A stretch of 64,000 nt of DNA from IMG/VR virus record IMGVR_UViG_3300028653_000015, positions 15,116 to 79,115 of that record. One strand, 5' to 3'. Of the stretch, positions 57,756 through 64,000 are shown one piece after another. The translations under genes and the position numbers were made by a program. The stretch comes from a virus (taxonomy: Duplodnaviria; Caudoviricetes). Below the pieces are notes generated by a model. It was not told where the DNA came from and ran no database searches. It saw nothing but the letters and a program-made list of their open reading frames with translations. How positions within the stretch are numbered: position 1 is the first letter of the stretch; every line of letters begins with the position of its first letter.

Positions 57756-58712
57756 TCAAGCTACGATTATGATGACTGGGGCAGAGAGCAGATTATTGGA
57801 GGGAATCTTGACGATGCTCTGATCTTTCCGCACAGCAGTCAACTGTGTAGTACCTGGGTTCACTCCTACCAGAAACAGATTATCCATAGTGACGCTGATT
57901 CCTGCCACACTCTTATCCAGGACATCATAGTACACATCTTCGCAAGCTGTACCCACCAATGTACGTCCATCATCTGCGGTAACCACGACGCTAGGATTGA
58001 CGGCTTGGTTGAGGGCTAGGGCTATTGGGTTTGGAGAGACATCCACATTGCTGACGATTGGGAACAGCAAGTTCACCAGATTGGCAGAGCCCTGATCTGG
58101 GATGACCATATTCCTTGGAAAGCCCAATGCATGTTCACTGTTGCCATCAGCAGCCTGCACACCTGCTACCCAAGCCATGTACTGACCATTTCTATACAGG
58201 TCTATGCAGCCATAACCATACTGGTCTGTTTTGAAGTAGATGCCCTCTCCCATCACTGCATTACCATCGACCACGGAGGGACCGAACTCATTGATGAATT
58301 TGATCTCAAGGCCGGGAAGAGGTTTGCCAGTGATATCCTTGAAGAAGCCACTGCACCTACACAGTCTCAAGTCTGGGGATACTGGCCGTACGAAAGTCTC
58401 TCCTTTGATATCGAAGCTATTGCCCCCTGGTACAGCTGATGGAGGACTGAAGACAGTGATGAGCAGTGGGGTCTTGCTGGCACTTCCTAGGGAGCCATCG
58501 AAGGCTGCACCAGTTTTAGACATGCGGATGGTATAGGGGATAGCTGGATTATTTCCTGCCAGGCCATCTATTTCAGCCACACCATTCACATCTGTATACT
58601 GCTGTGTTTGGAAGACAGCACCAGCAGCATCATACACACGTATCAAGACACCGACTATAGGGTTGTTATCTTGATCTGATACGTTGAAGACTACAGTTTC
58701 TGGATTAGACAT
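57756..58712 (-). CDS. Structural protein with Ig-like/transthyretin-like domains
   Basis: VSDQDNNPIVGVLIRVY..TDVNG and a C-terminal Ig-like segment (GVNPGTTQLTA). Confidence 0.7.
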   Translation of the reverse strand: MSNPETVVFNVSDQDNNPIVGVLIRVYDAAGAVFQTQQYTDVNGVAEIDGLAGNNPAIPYTIRMSKTGAAFDGSLGSASKTPLLITVFSPPSAVPGGNSFDIKGETFVRPVSPDLRLCRCSGFFKDITGKPLPGLEIKFINEFGPSVVDGNAVMGEGIYFKTDQYGYGCIDLYRNGQYMAWVAGVQAADGNSEHALGFPRNMVIPDQGSANLVNLLFPIVSNVDVSPNPIALALNQAVNPSVVVTADDGRTLVGTACEDVYYDVLDKSVAGISVTMDNLFLVGVNPGTTQLTAVRKDQSIVKIPSNNLLSAPVIIIVA

Positions 58713-60597
58713 GCGTACACTCCTTGAGAGCCTGTGCAGCTAGTGCTCGCATAGTGCTAGCTGTCTTTTCTTGAAATCCCAATGCCTCAGCTACAGGTCT
58801 AGTCTTGGTATTGAACCGTTCCAGCTTTTCCTCTGGCGAGTATTTCCAGTTACTCTTCAGGGATGACTTCCTTCTTCCGATCATTTGACCCAGAGTTTTC
58901 ACCTTACCTGGGTCCAGAAGAATCTTGTGTCGTGCCATCCTCATCAGGCCCTGATTGACCTGGTAGGCATCCACCACAATGGGCTTGCAAGACATCACAC
59001 CATCCTGAAGAGCTTTCTCCCAATTGATCGAAACAGTACCATCCTTGAGCTTGGTTGCATACTTGTCGCTGTGGAGGATGAAGAACTTATCTTCTGGGTA
59101 GTGTTCCTTCACATAGGTAGTCTTACCCGCGCCTGATGGGCCGATGACATAGGCTTCCACATCTAGATTATCTCCGGCCACTTTACCCTTCTCTATATGC
59201 CATTCGGAGAAGGAGGGGGCTCTAAGGCGGCCACTAGGGAAGACCTGTTGGGTTTTCACCTTAGCGAATCTGCCAATGAACAGGCTGGGATCTTTTGCAA
59301 TTTCATCCCGCAACGCATCTGATAGACCTGTTCCCACATTCGTGATGGCTTCTCGTCCAGGAAGTCGGACTCTGAGAGCTCCAACTCTTCCGGTATGCTT
59401 TCCTTGTCCAGGAGTGACTCCCACGACCTCAGCGTCGACATCGGGTCTGAATTTTGCTTTGGTAGGTCTGGGGCTATCGAGTTTCCAAACAACCACGCCC
59501 TCATTAGTAAGAGGATGCTTGCCACCTTGGATCTGAGAAAACAGATCAATCTTCTCATCGGAACTCCTGGCCGTGGGTGGTATGGTCAGTCTCGGAACCT
59601 TGCTCTGTACTTCCTCGAGTACCTTCAGCTTCTCCGCGTAAGGAGCTTGCTCCATCAGCTTACCCTTGTAACGGACAACATCAAAGATGACTGGGCGCAG
59701 CTCAGCACCCAATGTCTCCTGCTTCTCCCTACTGTTCCACACAGTTGCGTTGAGAAGCCCACCTGTAGTCTCAGCCGGTAGGGCTTTGCCAGTCTTCTTG
59801 TCCACACCTATCAACTCACCCCGTAGAACCGTACCATCGAGCCCAGGCGGGGCTTTCAGAGCTCGGTAGTCTGGTAGCTTGTGGGTGTGCTCGAGCACGC
59901 CAGAGGCCCTCTCAGTGGGCCGGTAGGAGAAGAACTTGACTGGCCTGTCCGCTCTTAGATGCACCGTCACATGGGCCCCATCTAGCTTGGCCTGGTGCAC
60001 CTCGTTGGGGTCATCGAACTTGACCTCACTGGTCTGTATCTCCTTGTAGTCCGGCTTGGCATTGGGAATTGGATATCCACCCTGCCCGCGAACACCTGAC
60101 TCAGCAGTGGAGGTGATGTTGTGGAGCAGAGTACCTTTGGGTGTTTCGATCAGATTGTACTCCTGCACCCCCTCTTTGTTCCCGCCGTAGGTGTTGAACC
60201 TGATGTGGCCTGGCTGGGAACGAACTACCTCTGCTGGAAGTAGGCCGGAAGACTCAACTGTACCTTTCCCATATCCCTCTTCGATCTGAAAAGTACCCTT
60301 CCTGGCCGCGTAATCCTTGGTGTGGGTCGGTTGCTGTATAGCTAGTACCTTCTCACCCGGCCCAGGTAGCTTGACTGCTGGTATAGCCCAAGAATGTGCC
60401 AAACCATTTGGGTCTACCAGTCTTAGATCTAAGTGCTTCCCAGCTACATCAGCATCGTGCAACTGGGTGCTGATGTGCCATACCTCCGGTTTCTCATGAT
60501 GAACGCGGGGGATGGGGTGAATCTGTTTGGATGAGGGTATCCCTGGGGCGAACTCGCCCCTGTTCAATACCTGCTCAGCCAACTTCCTCAAGAACAT
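58705..60597 (-). CDS. Fusion of LigD-type 3'-phosphoesterase, ATP-dependent DNA ligase and P-loop kinase
   Basis: PE: QLHDA...HLDLRL...SWAIP...AIQQPTH..DY..GYGKG. Ligase: KLDG, GEL, FDV, EGVV, KAK, VGTG, LRAPSF. Kinase: GPSGAGKTT. Confidence 0.85.
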   Translation of the reverse strand: MFLRKLAEQVLNRGEFAPGIPSSKQIHPIPRVHHEKPEVWHISTQLHDADVAGKHLDLRLVDPNGLAHSWAIPAVKLPGPGEKVLAIQQPTHTKDYAARKGTFQIEEGYGKGTVESSGLLPAEVVRSQPGHIRFNTYGGNKEGVQEYNLIETPKGTLLHNITSTAESGVRGQGGYPIPNAKPDYKEIQTSEVKFDDPNEVHQAKLDGAHVTVHLRADRPVKFFSYRPTERASGVLEHTHKLPDYRALKAPPGLDGTVLRGELIGVDKKTGKALPAETTGGLLNATVWNSREKQETLGAELRPVIFDVVRYKGKLMEQAPYAEKLKVLEEVQSKVPRLTIPPTARSSDEKIDLFSQIQGGKHPLTNEGVVVWKLDSPRPTKAKFRPDVDAEVVGVTPGQGKHTGRVGALRVRLPGREAITNVGTGLSDALRDEIAKDPSLFIGRFAKVKTQQVFPSGRLRAPSFSEWHIEKGKVAGDNLDVEAYVIGPSGAGKTTYVKEHYPEDKFFILHSDKYATKLKDGTVSINWEKALQDGVMSCKPIVVDAYQVNQGLMRMARHKILLDPGKVKTLGQMIGRRKSSLKSNWKYSPEEKLERFNTKTRPVAEALGFQEKTASTMRALAAQALKECTHV

Positions 60598-60609
60598 CTA
60601 GATACCGAA

Positions 60610-61107
60610 TCACAGGGTCTGGCTCATAGGAATGTTCTGCTCCAGAGCCTCCATAGCCCTACGATAGCGTTCTGGAAGTGCTTCAATCTTCTTCTGCTCT
60701 GAATAGATCATAGGAGCCCGCTTGACAACGCCTTCCAGTAGCTCGGAAGCCGCACTGGCCATCTTTCCTATGGGACTTCTGGCTCTATCTAGCAAGTGCT
60801 CTGCACCTACACCACCTATAAGGCCACCCAGACCAATCGGTGCTGCTTCGATCAACTTCCTGGCAAGAGGATTTGCCTGACCCCACGCACCACCAGTGAC
60901 GTTCTTGTGGAGGTAGTGGGCACCCAATACACCCGCCCCTATACCAGCAGCTGCACCTAGGCCAGTGCCCACCAATCCCTTAACTCCATGACTTTTGAGA
61001 CCACTGTACATGGCCCCAGGTACTCCTAGAGCCTCTGTCATGGTAGCTGTGTCTAGAGCCAGCTTCTCAGTCTCTTCGAAGAATCCTTGTAGTGTTCTCT
61101 TGTCCAT
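60610..61107 (-). CDS. Glycine-zipper putative internal virion protein
   Basis: N-terminal GFFEETEKLA and GxxxG repeats. Confidence 0.7.
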   Translation of the reverse strand: MDKRTLQGFFEETEKLALDTATMTEALGVPGAMYSGLKSHGVKGLVGTGLGAAAGIGAGVLGAHYLHKNVTGGAWGQANPLARKLIEAAPIGLGGLIGGVGAEHLLDRARSPIGKMASAASELLEGVVKRAPMIYSEQKKIEALPERYRRAMEALEQNIPMSQTL

Positions 61108-61589
61108 TACATTCCTGCCTCTCTCAAGGCTTGTTGTCCTGCAAGTGTTCTACCACCCATCATTCCGCCAGCACCCATATTAGCAACTCCTCGTCCCACT
61201 GTCTGTGTAATAGCTGTGGGAACTTTTGCCCCCATGTGTGCCATCAACTTTGCTCCACCACCAGCCAGTCCACCAGCTATGGCAAGTGGTGCTACCACCT
61301 TCCTGCCAAACCAGCCCATACCATCCTTCTCCATCTGATCTAATTCATCAAAGAAGGCGGCGAGCATGGCGGTCTTCCTGTACTCCGACTTAGGTGCATT
61401 GTACTTCTGCTTTGCTTCTCGCATACCCTTCTCCGTCTTGAAGTCTTTTGGAGTCTTGTCGACCTTATGCCCCTGCTGAGTGGCTAGAGCGTATGCAATA
61501 TGCTTTGGGACATCACCCTCAGCCATAATCCTGTGGGCCCTATCATGCACCCATTTACCAGCTGGGCCGTATCCATGTGATCCTGGCAT
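61107..61589 (-). CDS. Putative internal virion protein
   Basis: RKTAMLAAFFDELDQMEKDG and a Gly-rich C-terminus. AGGA RBS. Confidence 0.7.
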   Translation of the reverse strand: MPGSHGYGPAGKWVHDRAHRIMAEGDVPKHIAYALATQQGHKVDKTPKDFKTEKGMREAKQKYNAPKSEYRKTAMLAAFFDELDQMEKDGMGWFGRKVVAPLAIAGGLAGGGAKLMAHMGAKVPTAITQTVGRGVANMGAGGMMGGRTLAGQQALREAGM

Positions 61590-61608
61590 TGTATTCCTCT
61601 ATCTGAAT

Positions 61609-63063
61609 TCAAACACTAGCACTGTACAGGTTACGCCAACCGCTTGTCGTGCTTCCTAGGGCCACCACACAGAAAAGATTGTAGCCGGCACCCGTACCTG
61701 CTGAGCTTACTGGAACTGAGGCTTGTAGGTGACAGTGGTTGATGTTGGCAAACACCCCATCTGGAACGCCATCCTGGTCTACGATGATACACCTACCATT
61801 AGGGCCATCTTCCGGGCCGCCAGGTCCTCCAGAACCCATGTACGAATTTCTGACTACCGTTCCATCTAGTTGCCGCAAGTCAATGTGACCACCAATGCCC
61901 GTCAATGCGTAGGACTCCGACCATAGATTAGTTACTAGAAAGCCACCGTTTCTACGCTCACCAGACGTATTGTATGCCTCGATTATTGGGCCGGAAGGAA
62001 CATTCATATTACACATAATGTCCCATATTTGGGTGTCGTAGAAGGTTGTCCCCGCCATGGTCAACAGCTTTGATTGACCACCAGTTATGTGCAGGTCTTT
62101 AAGCCGATTGTAGGAGGTGTCACCCCCAACAAATACAACACGTGATTCGTTAGGAGGCGAGATATAAAGACTGTCTACGTGGTTGTATCCAGAGAATTGA
62201 AAAAGATTGCAGCCAGAGAAATTCAAACGAACCATCTCTCTGTCAGTCGCACCCATAACAGTCACATAGGCTGGAAGGGTAATCATTACAATGATGTCGT
62301 ATCTACCAGGCCAAACCATAACCACTGCACGACAGTCGAATGATGGGGGCACTGGATCGGCATTTATTGCATCAATCGCCGATTGAATTGTTCTGTACAT
62401 TCCTGCCCCGCTGCCGACATGCCATACACGTGCGCCAGCAAAGCCCAAACCACTAACCCCTGAAGGTCCTGAGGGTCCTGAAACTCCTGAGAGTCCTGAT
62501 GGGCCCGAAGCGCCTGATGGTCCTGATGATCCTTGAGCTCCCGAAGGTCCAGAAGCTCCCGATGGACCAGGCGCTCCCGATGGACCAGGCGCTCCTGACG
62601 GACCAGCAGCTCCTGATGGACCAGAAGCTCCTGATGGACCAGAGGGCCCTACAAAATCAGTAGCATCTGTTGCACGCATGAATTGTGTTAGCGCCGCATG
62701 CCAACCCTTTGCATTTCCTCCACCCGTATATCCCAAAGTTTCAGAGAAGGCAGGAATACGAGCACCAGTACGGAGTAAGGGAGCGGCTAGTATCTCTACA
62801 TCAGAAGAGACTCCATCTACCGTACAACTGATCTCATAGGAACCAGTCACATCAGGACTAAATGTGCACGTAGCACTGGTGGAGTCTACGATATTCGTGT
62901 GAGAACCGATTGGTGTGTCGATAAAAGACCACTGATAGTTATGACCCGTGTTGTCTGTATTGATATCCGTACATTGTACAGTTTCTGATACAACAAGATC
63001 ATTGCGACCTTGACCATCTACTGTAACTGCGTGTGCTACGCTTCTAATGGTAGGAATTGCCAT
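61609..63063 (-). CDS. Collagen-like fibre protein with C-terminal beta-helix (pectin-lyase-like) domain
   Basis: PKD-like N-terminus, a G-X-Y run, then YRTIQSAIDA..VMVWPGRY. Confidence 0.75.
   Translation of the reverse strand: MAIPTIRSVAHAVTVDGQGRNDLVVSETVQCTDINTDNTGHNYQWSFIDTPIGSHTNIVDSTSATCTFSPDVTGSYEISCTVDGVSSDVEILAAPLLRTGARIPAFSETLGYTGGGNAKGWHAALTQFMRATDATDFVGPSGPSGASGPSGAAGPSGAPGPSGAPGPSGASGPSGAQGSSGPSGASGPSGLSGVSGPSGPSGVSGLGFAGARVWHVGSGAGMYRTIQSAIDAINADPVPPSFDCRAVVMVWPGRYDIIVMITLPAYVTVMGATDREMVRLNFSGCNLFQFSGYNHVDSLYISPPNESRVVFVGGDTSYNRLKDLHITGGQSKLLTMAGTTFYDTQIWDIMCNMNVPSGPIIEAYNTSGERRNGGFLVTNLWSESYALTGIGGHIDLRQLDGTVVRNSYMGSGGPGGPEDGPNGRCIIVDQDGVPDGVFANINHCHLQASVPVSSAGTGAGYNLFCVVALGSTTSGWRNLYSASV
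62536..62619. repeat. 84-bp exact direct repeat shared with 63883-63966
   Basis: Identical collagen-coding DNA in two adjacent fibre genes. Confidence 0.85.
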
Positions 63064-63093
63064 TAGCGTCCCCCTTGATGCTAAAGTAAGAAG

Positions 63094-64000
63094 TCATGCT
63101 GCCTTAGGAGTGATAAACAAAAAGTCATCCACGTAGACTTGACGATCAGCACCGTTGTCCTCATTCAGAGCCAAGATACTCGGCAACACTACAGCCGATA
63201 TACCCCCCGTAGCAAAGGGCCGCGAAACTGTCGTACCCGAAGGTCCGTTCACACGCGCAAACAAAGTGCCAGACGCATCTGACCACATCTCAAAGTAGTG
63301 ATAATTACCATCCGCAACCACCCCTAAATCCAGGAATCCATTGCCACTGCTGCCGCTGTCGTCGGATATGCCAAAGTGTGTGGTACTGTAATAACCATGG
63401 AATCCCATGACTACGTTATGATTTGCTCCATCATCCACGCAAATACCTATAACGGCGTGCGTTCCATATACCAGCTTCATACGAGCAGACACGTACCACT
63501 TAACAGCACTGCGTATCCCAGGCATCAAAGCACCTGGCGATACCTTACCAACACTACTAACGGTAACACCCGTACCAACAACAATCACTCCTCCCGCTAC
63601 TCCACTGACCAAGTTGTTATATCCAGTGCCAGATGTTAATGTGGTTACATTCATCTCCAAGCTGACAGTAGTACTGCCTGGATTATGCATCATGAGACTA
63701 GAGTACCAAACTGAGTACTCTGGAGGTGCAAGCCCCAAAAGTGCTGCACCTACAGCGGAAAAGTATCCGTTAAAATCCATTAGCCCACCAGCTGCCCCTG
63801 AAGGACCAGAAGCTCCTGACGGTCCTTGGGCCCCTGAAGGACCGGGTGCTCCTGCTGCTCCTGATGCTCCTGATGACCCAGCAGCTCCCGAAGGTCCAGA
63901 AGCTCCCGATGGACCAGGCGCTCCCGATGGACCAGGCGCTCCTGACGGACCAGCAGCTCCTGATGGTCCAGAAGCTCCCGATGGACCAGGCGCTCCCGAT
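63094..64000 (-). CDS. Collagen-like fibre protein, 5'-partial, with C-terminal beta-sandwich/lectin-like domain
   Basis: The track ORF 63094-63780 continues upstream in frame (…GPSGAAGGL-MDFNG) through G-X-Y repeats to the window edge. Confidence 0.8.
   Translation of the reverse strand, partial: SGAPGPSGASGPSGAAGPSGAPGPSGAPGPSGASGPSGAAGSSGASGAAGAPGPSGAQGPSGASGPSGAAGGLMDFNGYFSAVGAALLGLAPPEYSVWYSSLMMHNPGSTTVSLEMNVTTLTSGTGYNNLVSGVAGGVIVVGTGVTVSSVGKVSPGALMPGIRSAVKWYVSARMKLVYGTHAVIGICVDDGANHNVVMGFHGYYSTTHFGISDDSGSSGNGFLDLGVVADGNYHYFEMWSDASGTLFARVNGPSGTTVSRPFATGGISAVVLPSILALNEDNGADRQVYVDDFLFITPKAA

Noticed and set aside
1-64000. Alternative genetic code (stop recoding)
   Set aside because: Long genes are intact under the standard code, and TAG, TGA and TAA all end tightly packed genes.
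1-64000. tRNA, rRNA, integrase, transposase or reverse transcriptase genes
   Set aside because: None was recognised by eye. tRNAscan-SE and HMM searches were not run, so absence is not proven.

Overview
The window looks like a 64-kb segment of a large tailed dsDNA phage, probably a contractile-tailed jumbo phage, read with the standard genetic code. The minus strand carries virion genes: portal, gp5/VgrG-like spike, baseplate J- and gp25-like proteins, and Kelch/PKD and collagen-like fibres. It also carries a 2059-aa single-chain beta-beta' RNA polymerase, an InPase-domain protein and a 3'-phosphoesterase/DNA ligase/P-loop kinase fusion. The plus strand carries a ~20-kb replication, recombination and nucleotide-metabolism block (SF2 helicase, UDG, NUDIX, nucleotidyltransferase, DnaB, primase, PolA, HU, RecA, Cas4-like nuclease, ThyX, RusA) plus small islands. 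Hidden signals: (1) a bipartite AAA-N17/18-TATAA(G) motif ahead of five plus-strand units; (2) a family of 23-27-bp palindromes with 3-nt centres in and around a putative DNA-binding gene that is followed by an inverted fragment of a paralog; (3) a 42-bp promoter/operator-like element duplicated 37 kb apart; (4) a K-x-A/G motif at domain boundaries of putative head proteins; (5) a likely -1 frameshift adding a helix-extension-helix domain. All family calls come from motif recognition by eye; no searches were run.
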